Source: Somniosus microcephalus (Eukaryota). Taken from it: a stretch of 64,000 nt of DNA. The first letter of the stretch is position 1, and each line of letters opens with the position of its first letter. Positions 47,559 to 60,800 of this stretch are shown in pieces. The translations under genes and the position numbers were made by a program. The DNA is taken from NCBI GenBank assembly GCA_052327205.1, contig CM126224.1, forward strand, positions 64,666,001-64,730,000. The letters are read 5' to 3'. The notes beneath the pieces were generated by a model, which saw only the letters and a list, made by a program, of their open reading frames with translations, made no database searches and was not told the DNA's origin.

Positions 47559-49938
47559 CAGGAACTTTGTGGTATACGGGACCGGCGTGTTGCCGATCTA
47601 TCAAAAGTTCCGGATGACTGAGCGGTTTATCTACCCAGGCTATTTTTAACAAAGAAAAATGTAAAAATCAAGAAATGTGCAATATACAGTAATTGGGTAC
47701 TCACCTACAGAATGTTGTGTTAAATGGATGGTGAAAGATGCTTGATTAAGTACAGTACTGCCAGTTGATGGTAATCCATAACTCTTTAATTACTTAAGTC
47801 GTTTATAAGTTTTGTTTTACTGTTAACAGTACACCAAAACTTATAAATGACTGTACAGTAAAAAGTACTGTACGGTGGTTGACTATACACTTATTCCAAG
47901 CCAACTAGTTCATCAGGAATATCCATGCCAGCTGGGTCATCGGGATCATGCACTTCAACAGATTCTTCAGGCACTTCCACTGCTCCAGCTCTTTTGGAAG
48001 CTTTCTTAAACATGTCCCGGATGTCTGCTTGCTTAGTGGACTCTTGCCTTCTTTGTAGAAAGGTGGAATGCAGAATATGGAGGTGCATAACATCTTGGGC
48101 AGAATAGCAAGAATGGCTTTCAGCAAATTTAAGTAATGAAACAAAATCTTCTGCAGCTTTAGCCCAAGAAATCTTGTTCTCTTCAGAAATCTCATCCTCC
48201 TCATTTTCCATCACACTTTTCTTTCTTTGGATTCAAAACATTCTCCATTATTTCATCATCACTTAGAGAAGTTGCTGTTGTGCATTTGCTATCGGCATCA
48301 ACCCACTGCTCAATATCACGTTCACTGAGGTGATGTAGAGGGTTTGCTGGGCCTACATCTTTCACCATGCCAGCCATTTCCATTACTGAAGTCCTCCTCG
48401 GACGAACATTGAACCCATGAAATTCCTCCTCTGAAGAAGAACCTTCAGCAAACATGACAGAAGGCCACAATTTGCACCAGGCTTGTCTCAAAGTGCAACC
48501 TTTCACCAATTTCCAGGAACATGCAACATTAAAGATGGCATCTTTAAGATTGTATTCCTTCTGAAATGCCTGAATACCTGTATTGTCATCTTGGCTTATC
48601 AGTCTACGTAGGAAGTCTTGTAATGACACTTGAGATTTTGGATAATGCCCTGGTCCATGGGTTGTATGAGAGAAGTTACATTTGGTGGCAAATAAATGGT
48701 GAAAATATTTCCAGAAACCAACTCTGATTCATGCGGATGGGCTCTACAATTATCCAGCAATAAAATGCATTTGCTATCTTCAGGTTTCCTTATTCTATGG
48801 AAATGTTCCCTCACAGATGGAACAAAAATATGATGGAACCAATTCGAAAAGATTTCCTTATCCATCCAAGCATTTGTTTGAGCTTTGTACTCAACAGGTA
48901 AGTGCTTCACATTCTTAAATGCACGGGGATTTTTATACTTCCCAATGACGAGAAGTTTAGCCCGGTGTGATCCAGCAGCGTTCGCACATGTTAGCACGGT
49001 TACACGATCTTTATTTTTCTTGTAACCTGAAGCATTAGCCTCACTAGCCCCAGCAAGCGTTGATTCTGGCAAAAACCTCCAAAATAAGCCAGTTTTATCA
49101 GCATTGCATAGCTGTGCTGGCGACAAATCATGTTGCTGCACAATCCGATTGAAATAATCGCAGTATTCTTCTGCGGCGTCGTGATCAGCTGATTTCTTCT
49201 CCCCGGAAATATCGAGTCGTCGTATCCCGTGCCGTACCTTGAAGCACGTTAGTCATCCATCAGAGAAAGCACACTTGTCAGTGAACTCCATCTTTGCGTA
49301 GAAATCCTTCGCTTTTTCGATTAGCATGGGTCCGGAAATCAGAACACCCACTCATAAAGCACGGTATCCAGCTCTTCAAGCTTAGGCTTACGAAGCGTAT
49401 GCCGTTTCTCTACACTCTTGGATGTCTCCGAGCTTGCATAAAACTTGAGCAGCTTATCCTTCTGTGCTTTGATGTCGTAGATTGTTGACTAACCGATTTT
49501 GAATTCATTCATAATGTTCATACGCTTCTCTCCCCTTTCTAGTCGTTGACATATATCGATTTTCTGTTTTAAAGTTAACACCACTCTCTTTGGTTGGATC
49601 AACTTTTGGGATTTCCATAATGCAATCCAATGAGTTCCAACAGCGTTGGAGACACACAGTACTGGAACCCCGGAAAATGGTGGATCAGAAGAGGCTACCG
49701 GCAGCGTGGGAGAGTCAGACTCCTGATGCAGGGTTTCTGAGGTGTTCGACTTCCGATGGCGCCAAGAGGCCGAATAGTGGCAGTTTGGAGAACTGCCCCC
49801 ACTGACTAACTCGGCAACCGTTGGAGACTCGGACTCGGCAACATTGCCGGTTATTGAGGTGTTGTTTTCGGAGCGAGAATTTTGCTGGTGTATAGAGCAT
49901 TCCGGATATTTAGTTGCCGTTTAAACGAAAGTTTCCTG
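47559..49938 (-). mobile_element. Tigger/pogo (Tc1-mariner superfamily) DNA transposon with a disrupted Jerky-like transposase
   Basis: TA TSDs (47557-47558, 49939-49940); CAGGAA(A)CTTT TIRs; CENP-B-type HTH KRVVLTLKQKIDIC; [26 protein letters not shown]. Confidence 0.92.
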
Positions 49939-49989
49939 TAGTCCATTCACTATCAATGCCTAAACATGTGACTTGTTTTACATTATTTA

Positions 49990-50403
49990 GAACCAGATTG
50001 ATGAGTTACATTTATATGGTGCTGAGAAACATTCCAAAGTGGTTCATATACAATTAATTACTAATGCAGGTAAATGCAGCAATCATTTTGCACACACCCA
50101 ATATTGCATAAATAGCAGCGAGTTGAATGATCAGTTAATCTTGTTTTGGTGCTGATTGAGGGTGGAATGTTGTCCAAGACATCAGGAGAACTCCCTGCTC
50201 TTCAAACTGTGCTAGAAGATCTTTAATGTCTCTGAAGGGATTGATGGGGCCTGTGTTTACTGTGTCAGGTAAAAGGCAGCACCTGTGACTCTGCTGTACT
50301 CCCTCAATACTCCGGTGGATCTTGGTCTAGATTAGATGCTCAAGTCCTGGTGTGGGGCTTGAACCTACTGCCTGATGCAAGAGTGCTGTCAACTGAGCCC
50401 AAC
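49990..50403 (-). mobile_element. Old DeuSINE
   Basis: GAGAACTCCCTGCTCTTC, AAAGGCAGCACCTGTGAC, GGGGCTTGAACC...CAACTGAGCC. Confidence 0.7.
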
Positions 50404-50407
50404 TAAT

Positions 50408-51174
50408 GGCCCAGAAATTCGGGTCAGGGGCTTCCCGTGGGTGCAAGCCCCCGATCTGCACTTACCTAGCGCACCGGCCGTTGAGCTGTGGGCCCGCATG
50501 GGATTCCGATCCGGGGCCTGCTCCAGCTGTCGGCGCGCTGTGCTTGTGTATCCCAGGGGCACAGTTAGTTCGAAGTGTCCCCTGGGATCACGTGGGCCAT
50601 GGAGAGCCAATCGGAGCAAGGAATGCTTCATTCATAAGTCTGACGGGAAGTGCTGTCAAACTTAGAAATACTACGGGCCCTTTTTTCTTAAAATTTATTT
50701 GAAGATTTAGTGATTTTTGTAAAAAATCACACTTTTAAAATAAACTATAAATTAAATGAAATAACTTTTAAACAATAATTTAAATTTTTGAAAAATAATT
50801 TTATTTTCTAACGGGGCTAAAAATAAACTTACCTCGCTTTAAAGTATTTAAAAATAATAAACCTGTGGAAAAAATGTTTTAATTTTAATTAATTCACCAC
50901 TTACCTTGTAAAAAGCAGGCCTTGCGCCTGCTTTTTACATTTCTAAATTCTGCAGGCTTACCTTCCCGGGAAAACCTGTAATAAAAAAAAACAAAGTTCG
51001 ATGTGCATGCGCACCTTCTCCCACGCACGCGTTCGCCCTCTGAACCCCTTTCGGGGGAACGGAAGTGCTGGTTTCCCGCGCATGCGCAGTACATGCAGGA
51101 AACCGGCACTTCCATTGGGCCTACGGGTGAGGACCCCGTGCGTACTCACCCGTGGAGACCCGAGGTTCTGGGCC
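50408..51174. mobile_element. MITE (Harbinger/PIF-like) with an AT-rich core
   Basis: 18-bp TIRs GGCCCAGAAATTCGGGTC / GACCCGAGGTTCTGGGCC; same terminus as 19164; flanks AAT and ATT. Confidence 0.82.
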
Positions 51175-53879
51175 ATTACCTAAACCAAATCTAGCCATGT
51201 CCATTTGGATGTTGCTGAACTCACCTTGGCATTGACTGCAGAGAAAACCTCAGCACTGAAGGCTGCTGACCGGTTCAGTCAATGTGAGGCATTTATTGGT
51301 GTTGAATTAAGCTAAGGACTCTTTAATGCCCCTTGGTGTGGAGTGTTTATTGATGGCACTGGCACAATGTCAGCATCGACTGTCTTGTCACCAAATTCTG
51401 TATAAATGAAGGGCAAATTGCTTTCATTACCTCTAGTAACACAGTACTCCCTTTAAATGGGCAACTCTCTGCCCAGAGACCCTGGGCGTGCGTGGAAAAG
51501 TACTGCTGGTCAGCAATGGGTACCCTTCAGATTAGAATCCCTCGTGGATAATCCACGCTAAGCACAAATAATGCCCCTGACTCTGGGATACTGGGAGGAC
51601 TCTTAAACCATAAACAAAGAAAATATATCCAGACGAGCCTAGCTTTGTAATCCCAAGATTTACGCTATGAGAATTGATAATCTTCTACCTTCATTAGTAT
51701 TATCCTTTTTTGGGTGGGTTGGGGGGGGGAAGGATGATTCAAGGCAGTAGAGTTAACTTTGACACACTGCCCCAGATAATATGCTGGGACAAAACACTGC
51801 ATGAACGATTTGATTCCCTATCGAGAGCCATGTTCCCATCTGTAAAGGGGCAGACTCAGCCCTCGGGGGTAATGGAGACCTGAATGTGATTGGCAACCCA
51901 AATCCTCTGAGGAGGAAGATGGCAATGAATTGGCCAAAGGCATTTAAGACCAAACTGCAAATACACAAACTTTTAATGAAAGTTGGTGAAAGCCTGGACC
52001 TTTGTATTGAGACGGGCACCTGCCAGCTGGCACATCAATAGGCATGAACCCACAGCTTTGTGGCTGGCCCTCTGAATATGTAGAGGCACAGTGAAGCTCT
52101 GGTTAGACAATACTACCCACAAATAGGGTGACACACTGTCCACGTATAGTGGAGGCATGTTGTGGATGTGATCCTGGTATTGCCAGAATCAGTTAATCAA
52201 GTGTCTATGTTACTGCAGATTTTCTTAGTAGGGAGTGGGTTCACTGTCTTTAATGGCGCGTCACCATTTGGATGTGGTTGATGTGTCTGACAGATGGGAT
52301 GATCAGTGTATTTATCTGATGGCAACGTTCATTAAAAAAGTTATCAAACTAATACTGGACTTGCGGCAGTTGGGTGTTATTTATTAATGCTCTGGGACTT
52401 CTTACATGATTATTCCGATGTGCATTCCTCCAGCTTCCTTTTATTTTGAAGGTCCTTCACAAGACCTTATTAGAATAGAAAAGAATGACAATTCCTGACA
52501 ATCCCATGTTATCTGAGGAGATGTGCTTTCTGATCTCTTGGAAGTGTCCACCAACTTCCACTTCTGTAACTTGCAGCTAGAAAACCAGATTGTTCCACTT
52601 TCCTCCCAGAACTTCTATTTGATCGTTTTTGAAAGGTTGGAACAAAAATCCACCTCTAAGGAAGGATATAGTAGCTTTCCCCTTGAAAGGAAAACCGACC
52701 TTCTCAGTAAAGAACGCACTCAACTGAAGCCGCTCCTTTAAACTCCACATTTAAATGACCTCATCGGACAAGTTTAAACCTCAGACAGTCAGCTGTCTGG
52801 AGAGTTTATAACTGATTGTCAATGTCAATCAAAGTTATGATCATATTGGACTGCTGCAGTGGACAATTTAACACTCCTCTTTTTTGAAATAGACCAAGGG
52901 TACATCCACTGAAACCAAGACAAAGGAGCGCACTCTACAAGATAAGGGTACCACTAAACACGCAATATAATACTTGCACGCACGCTCCAAGTGCTTTCTC
53001 TGGAGGAGGGTATCACTAATACATTTGGTCTATTTAAATTGAAATAAGTATCATTACATAGTGATCTAATTTTCTGGATTGATAAAACAGATTACCATGT
53101 GGTGCCCATGGAAGGCATCAAGCGTACTGGTGGACAGCACGTGATCTCTTTCTAAGGTCACTACCGTGCACAAAGCCTTGAAAGAGGGGCAAGCAGTCAG
53201 AGCGACCCCCCCTGCAGATAGTACGCATCCTGAACCTGTGAATGGTGGTTTTAGGCAGACCCACTAGGATGTCCTGCTTACCCCTCTGCACATGGATGAC
53301 AAGATGAATAGGGTTGGGCTTAAGTGCAGCCAGATGTTCAGGAACAGCCCTTCAAATATTGGAAAAGGGGCTGCAACCTCTGGCAATGCACATAAATGAG
53401 AGAGCTGTAGAATAGACATGGGGTCTGGGTATTTGTGAAATGTCCCTAAAAAGTATTTTTGAGGTAACTAACCACGCAGCCAACACTCCTCCCCAGTGGT
53501 CCTGGAATGGATCCCCAGATACAGGGCTTTAAACTGGGTGTTTACCTCTGCTGGCCGGCACGTTGTTACACCAGGGCATGTATCAACAGAAGACCAGTGC
53601 AAAGAAGTGGAGTGTGCATCAGCAGCCTATACAGAAAGTCCCTCTACAGAATGGAATGGCACAGAGGGAATTTCCAAGAGATGGCTCAAGTTCTGAGGCG
53701 AAGGTTGCCAACGTAGTAACAGCAATAGACCATTCAGCCCTTCGAGCCCCTGACATTCTGTTAGATCATGGCTGATCTGTACTTCAACTCCATTTACCCA
53801 CTTTTGTTCCTTATCCCTTGATACCCTTACCTAACAAAAATCTAGCGATCTCAGTTTTAAAAATTTCAATTGACTCAAC

Positions 53880-55746
53880 CAAGAGCGGCTGCGGGGCCTC
53901 GCGCTAATGAGCAGTTCCATCTGAATGGGGCTGAGATCAGACGGCTGGCTCCACACACTTGAGCTTCCTCAGTGCACCTAACAGAGTCAGGGCCAAATGT
54001 GAATATCAGTGCCTGGCTGGCTTTGGCCACAAGCTGGGCATAGTGCCAGGGCATGCAGGTGGCGAATGCTTCTGGTGACATTCACCTGACTCCACCACCA
54101 TTCAGCACGTTCCTGACTCAGGTTACTTTTGGAGGAAGGGCTGTTCTCTGCAGCAGCCACATTTCATTCAGGCCAGGCATATGCAGCCAGCGGGTGTGCG
54201 AGGAGTGCTTCTGCTAAAATAGCTTCCACCTCAGTCAGGAGAGCGCCCCTGTTGGAAGCAACCAGGTTCCAGACCCTTTAGTATATCCCGGTTAAAAAAA
54301 CAGCTCTGACAAAGATGGACATATTCCCCGCAGTTTGATGAAAGGAGCTGCCTGTTATAATTCAGGCCGTGCATCTGACTGAAGAAAAGTGTCGCCAGCA
54401 CACGCCACTTAAAAAGATCCTTAACGTACAGTTATCTCTGCAGGGTCTGAAGGCAGAAAGTCTAAACCTAGGTGCTTGACCATCCTGCCCAAGTGAGAGA
54501 CTCCGAACTCTGACAGAGACCCAATGTCTCCCTTTATCCCAGAAGGAATCAATGACTTTCCTCTGGATCCTGATTAGCGCTCTACCCCTGTAGGAAAGCA
54601 CTCCGAGCAGTCCTGCTCAGCGTCCAAGATGAGTGGTGACTTTTGTCTCCAGCTCAGTTAGGTTGCTAGTCAAGCTTCCCCGGGGCTCGGGGAGACTCCC
54701 AGATAACACAGGCAAGTGGTGCTCCACCTAATAAGAGCCCAGAACGCTTATACCAGTTGATCTTTGTGGAGGATGCAGCAGAGTATACCTGGCACTCTCA
54801 CATCCTCCGCAAGTCAATGGGATGTTTCACCACAAAGAGCACGTCATCACCATAATCTGAAAGGATGATCTCCACGCCCGGCTTACACAGAACCAGACCC
54901 GACAAACTCTTGAATAGGAGGTGCAGGAAAGGCTCTATGTAGATAGAATATAATTGGCCAGACATGAGACATCCCTGACGTAATTCTCTCCCAAAGCAAA
55001 GGGGGGCCGTCAAAGATCGGTTAACTTTAATCAGAAAATCCACAAAGGCATACAGAAGTTGGATCCAAGCAGCAAAATGCCTTCCAAACCCCAAACCCCG
55101 CAGAGTTCCAAACAAATATCCGTGATCCACCCTGTCAAACATCTCCTAATCTCGGGAAAGAAATGGCTCGCCAGGGAGACTGGGCCAGTATTTCAAGAGA
55201 TGGGAATTCCCCTTCTTGGGCAGCAGGGTGATGACTGCCCTGTGCCAAGAGAGGATCACCTCCCCAGTTGCTAGTGTCTCCCCCAACACCTGTGCGTAGT
55301 CGTCCATGGTCAGTCCTGGAGCTTTATTCCAGGATAGTTGGTGGAGAGTGCCAGACAGCACCGCAAGGGCTAGTGAAACCTTGAATTGCTCAGCATGAAT
55401 TTTGGTAGGACCTCCCACAAAACCCTGAGGGTGTCCTCGCTGGCCAGATCCTGTGAGAAAGGGGCATCATAACAACCACATACCCTGCTGTTGATTACCT
55501 CTGGATCCGTGACAAGGGATTCATTGTCAGGCAACAGCCTAGTGGACTCCCTGCCTTTTCTTCAGCGAGTAGGAGAGAGAACCACATCTCCAGGTCCCTC
55601 AGGACCTGGAGTTGTGACCTGAGAACGTGTCTCAGCACCCGATGAGTCGCAGATCCTTCAGTGCAGCTCGCCTTTCTTCTCTTCGTATGCCTACTGCAGG
55701 GTCAAATCTTCAGTGGTGAGATTGAGATGAGACTCCAGTTCAAGCA
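53880..55746 (-). mobile_element. Degenerate L1/Tx1-clade LINE (continues at 57698-57800)
   Basis: FDRVDHGYL, RQGCLMSGQLYSIYIEPFL, DYGDDV, LSYRGRAL, RAVITLLPKKG. Confidence 0.85.
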
Positions 55747-57692
55747 TAGTGGTTATGTTACTGGGCTAGTAATCCCGAGGCCTGGACTAATGATCCGGAG
55801 ACGTGAGTTCAAATCCCACCACGGCAGCTGGGGAATTTAAATTCAGTTAATTAAATAAATCTGGACTGAAAAGCTAGTGTCAGTAATGGTGACCATGAAA
55901 CTATCGGATTGTCGTAAAAACCCATCTGGTTCACTAATGTCCTTTAGGGAAGGAAATCTGCCGTCCTTACCTGATGTGGTCTATATGCGACTCCAGACCC
56001 ACAGCAATGTGGTTGACTCTTAACTACCCTCTTAACTGCCCTCTGAAATGGCCGAGCAAGCCACTCATGTAAAAACCGCTACAAAAAACAATAAGAATAA
56101 AACCAGACAGACCACTCGGCACCGGCTATGGACACGACAACGGCACACCCAGCCCAGTCCACCCTGCAAACTTCTCCTCACCAACAACTTGTGCCAAAAT
56201 TGGGAAAGCTGTCCAACAGACTAATCAATCAACAGCCTGACAGAGTCATACTCACAGAATCATACCTTTCAGCCAATGTCCCAAACTCCTCCATCACCAT
56301 CCCTGGGTATGTCCTGTCCCACCGGCAGGACAGACCCACCAGGGGTGGCGGCACAGTGGTATACAGTCGGGAAGGAGTGGCCCTGGGAGTCCTCAACATT
56401 GACTCTCAATCATCAGCAAAGTGATGGAAGGTGTCGTTGACAGTGCTATCAAGCAGCACTTACTCACCAATAACCTGCTCACTGATGCCTATTTTGGGTT
56501 CTGCCAAGACTACTCGGCTCCAGACCTCATTATAGCCTTGGTCCAAACATGGACAAAAGAGCTGAATTCCAGAGGTGAGGTGAGAGTGACTGCCCTTGAC
56601 ATCAAGGAAGCATTTGACCGAGTGTGGCATCAAGGAGCCCGAGTAACACTGAAGTCAGTGGGAATTGGTGGGGGGGGGGGGGGGGGAACTCTCCACTGGC
56701 TGGAGTCATACCTAGCACAAAGGATGATGGTTGTGGTGGTTGGAGGTCAATCATCACAGCCCCAGGACATCGCTGCAGGAGTTCCTCAGGGCAGTGTCCG
56801 AGGCCCAACCATCTTCAGCTGCTTCATCAATGACCTTCCCTCCATCATAAGGTCAGAAATGGGGATGTTCACTGATGACTGTTCAGTGCCATTCGCAACT
56901 CCTCAGATAATGAAGCAGTCCATGCCCGCATGCAGCAAGACCTGGTTGGCATTCAGGCTTGGGCTGATAAGTGGCAGGTAACATTCGCGCCAGGCAATGA
57001 CTATCTCCAAAATGCAAGCATCTAACCACCGCCCTTGACATTCAACGGCATTACCATTGCCGAATACCCCACCATCAATATCCTGGGGGTCACCATTGAC
57101 CAGAAACTTAACTGGACCAGCCACATAAATACTGTGGCAACAAGAGCAGGTTAGAGGCTGGGTATTCTGCGGTGAGTGTCTCACCTCCTGACTCCCCAAA
57201 GCCTTTCCACCATCTACAAGGCACAAGTCAGGAGTGTGATGGAATACCCTCCCCTTGCCTGGATGAGTGCAGCTCCAACAACACTCGAGAAGCTCAACAC
57301 CATCCAAGACAAAGCAGCCCGCTTGATTGGCACCCCATCTACCACCTTAAACATTCACTCCTTCCACCACCAGCGTACCGTGTGTACCATCTACAAGATG
57401 CACTGCAGCAACTCCCAAACCCACGACCTCTACCACCTAGAAGAACAAGGGCAGAAGGCGCATGGGAACACCACCACCTCTAAGTTCCCCTCCAAGTCAC
57501 ACACCACCCTGACTTAGAAATATATCGCTGTTCCTTCATCGTCGCTGGGTCAAAATCCTGGAACCCCCTACCACACGGACTGCAGCGGTTGAAGAAGGCG
57601 GCTCACCACCACCTTCTCAAGGGCAATTAGGGATGGGCAATAAATGCTGGCCTTGCCACCGACGCCCACATCCCAGGAACGAATAAAAAAAA
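55747..57692 (+). mobile_element. CR1-like LINE derivative with a tRNA-like head and an internal EN-to-RT deletion
   Basis: TSD AAGCA (55742-55746, 57693-57697); head TAGTGGTTATG...GAGTTCAAATCCC; EN VILTESYL...GGGTVVY jumps at ~56405 to RT SIISKVME; AGVPQGS; A-rich tail. Confidence 0.85.
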
Positions 57693-57829
57693 AAGCACTG
57701 CTCTCCAACCGCCTGATCTCAGAGTCCAGCCTTCTTATCGACCCTTTTGTGTACTCTTGACAGAAGACATGGATATGTCTCAGACTGGAGGGGAAGCCTC
57801 GCGAAAGTTATTTAATAGAGGGCATATCT

Positions 57830-60800
57830 GCAAGAGCACAGGGCTCAGCAAAGTGAGCTGCTAACTGAGTGAGCTGGCAACAGAGTGAGGACTTTAAAAC
57901 AAAAATGAGTGAGTGGGAATTGGGTGCAGAGAGTAATTTAACTGAGGGACAAAAGCGAGGGGGAATTCAAGAATTGAAATTGAAAGAATTTTAGCTTTGT
58001 CATTTCTTTCTCTTAAGGTCTTTTTTTTATAACCTTCAAACTTTAAAGTTGTACGAGGATGAAATATCTTGTGTGTCGCAGAAGTTGTGAGATGTTTGCC
58101 TTCCAGCCCAAGTTTCTGGAGGGTTTCACCTGCAACAACTACAAGCTGGTCGATGCACTCAGGGCTGAAGTGGTCAGCCTTAGTGAGTGACTATGCATGC
58201 ATCAAAAGATTAGGGAGAGAGAAGTTTTTATAGATGAGGTGTTCGAGAAGACCACCCTGAGGTTTGGGGTAGGAGAGGAGACCCAGGTACCTAGACGAAG
58301 AGAGTGGATCTCTGTTAGAAAGGGAGCGAGATGTCATATCGGGTAATGGGGCAGGAGCAGTCATCCCGGGTGTTCTTCAACAGGTTCCCTCCTCTGGAGA
58401 GAGATGATGTGGAGACTCAGGAGGTGGCTGAGGATGTGGCGTGCACTGGGGCAATCCAGCAGCCTGTCAGGGAAGGAAGGAAACAGAGAAAGAGGAGCAG
58501 ACAAGATGTGGTATTAGGGGATTCAATCATTTGGTTTACAGAGAGAATTCTTTGCAAACCAGACCCAGAAAAACAAATGGTGTGTTGCCTTCCGGGTACA
58601 TAGATCAAGTATCTGATGTCCCGGGTTGACAGAATGTGAGAGGCAGCAGGTGAGGAACTAATTGTTGTCGTCCGTGTTGGAACAAGTAACACAGGTAGAA
58701 CGAGACCAGAGGTCCTTCATGCTAAATTTAGGGCATTAGGAAGGAAACTTGAGGGAAGGACCTCAAGTGTATATTTTCTGAAATACTAGCTATGCCCCGT
58801 GCTAGTGAAGAGAGACAGAGGGTAAATAGACACCAACGTGTGGATACGGCTTTGTTGTAGGGAATCGGGATTTCGGTTCCTCAAACAGTGGGACACCTTT
58901 TAGAATAGGGGGAGTCTATACAGACTGGATAGGCTCCACCTAAACAAAAGGGCCGCTAGAGGTGTTGGCAGGCAGGATAGATAGAATGGTCACGGGTGGT
59001 TGCAGTAGGTGTAAGCCTTAAGGTGTACCAATGAAAACACATCCAAGTTTAATAAGTCTAATTACAGTAGTGGGATATACATGTTAAAGTAAATGGCAAA
59101 GATAAACCGCATTGGAGCTGTGCTTGCATTAATGCAAGAAGTCTGACAAATAAGATATTGGATCTGGCAGGTCTTGCAAGGGTTGATAGATTGGATATCA
59201 TTAGTGTCACGGTGACATGGTGGAATGGTTCCAATAAATGGGAAACCTACCTGGATGGATATAAATTGTTTAGAAGAGACTGTATTGGGAGAAAAGGAGG
59301 TGGTGTGGCAGTATATATAAACTCCAGTGTTGAGGCACACGAGAGAGAGCATATAAAGAAGGAAAGGACAGACACACTGAATAGAATTAATAGATGGTAA
59401 CAGAGGTAAACTATTACTGGGGGTATGCTATAGACCCCCCAGGCCAGGGTGAAAGCCTTGATGTGGAAATGTGGGATGAAATAAGGATAGGATAAGGGAC
59501 CAACTATAGTAGTTGGAGATTTCAATTTACCAGAAATTGACTGGGTCAATACTGCCTCTACTGGTAAGACAGGAATGGATTTCCAGAGTTAATGTCGTCG
59601 TCGTACGTGTCTTCACACTGTTCCCTTTGGGGAACTGTATGAAGTGGTGGAAGGATTTCTGGCCGCGATTAACGCTCCTTCCGTGACTGAGAGTTAATGT
59701 AAGACTGTTTATATGACTCATTTTGTAAAAGAGCCAACAAGGGAAGAAAATATCCTGGTTTTGAGTGAGTAATGGGGACGATCAAATCTCCAACACAAAG
59801 GTGAGTGAGGCTTTAAGTATCAGTGATCATAAAATGTCACATTTGACATAACAAGAATTGGAGGGGTTACTAAAACCCAAACAAAACTGACAAATTTTAA
59901 GAGGACCAATTTTAAGTGCTTGAGAAGTCTTGTCAGAATGGGCCTGGGAAGTTTGAATGTGGCTAGGAGAGTAGAGGGACTGTGGAGTTTCTTCAAAGAG
60001 GTGATTCGGAATGCAATGGACCAGTGTGTACCCATGCAAAACAAAGGTACCAAGCTTAAAGCTCCCCTGCTTGGTTGAATGGGACTTCCAAACAAATCAT
60101 AAAGGGGGGAAAAAGCATTTAAGGCCATGAGGGAAATGGCACAGAATTAAGACTGATTCAATACCGAAAGGCATGCCTGGAGGGTAAAGAGAGCATCAAA
60201 ATGCCAAAGAAAATTTTGAATTGAATATAGCAAGAAAAGTAAAGGACGTTTTTTAGGTATATTAAGAAAAATGAAGGATGGAGTGGGGCCACTGAGAGTG
60301 GAATCAAGTGAGAGCAGGGCAATTAATGCTACACAAGCTGCAGAAGTGCTAAATAATTCTTTTGCCTCAGTTTTTACCAAGGAGGAGACAGGTAACTTAT
60401 TTGATCTGGAAAAGGAACTAGAGGGTGTTGCAGAGGTAAGTTGTGACACTATTCACATTACTACCAGTATGGCTTTTGAACAGCTTAAGGTGAATAAATC
60501 TTTTGAGCTGGATTAGATGCGTTCTCTGATCCTTAAGGAAATTGCAGGAACTCTGGTACAAATCTTCCAGAAATTACTGAATACCGCAGAGGTTCCTGGG
60601 CACTGGAGAAAGGTAGCTGAGTGACCCAGGAAACTACAGACCAGTGAGTTTGATGTCCATTGTGGGTAAAGTTATGGAAACCCTTATTAAAGATAAGGTC
60701 GTGGAGCATCTGGAGAGAAATAAAATCATAAAAGATGACCAGTTATGGGTTCACGAAGGGGAGGTCTTGCAATCTAACTTTCTGTTTTCTTTTGAGGTTG

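Noticed and set aside
55747-55825. tRNA gene
   Set aside because: Only box A/B-like remnants forming a retroelement head; no complete cloverleaf.
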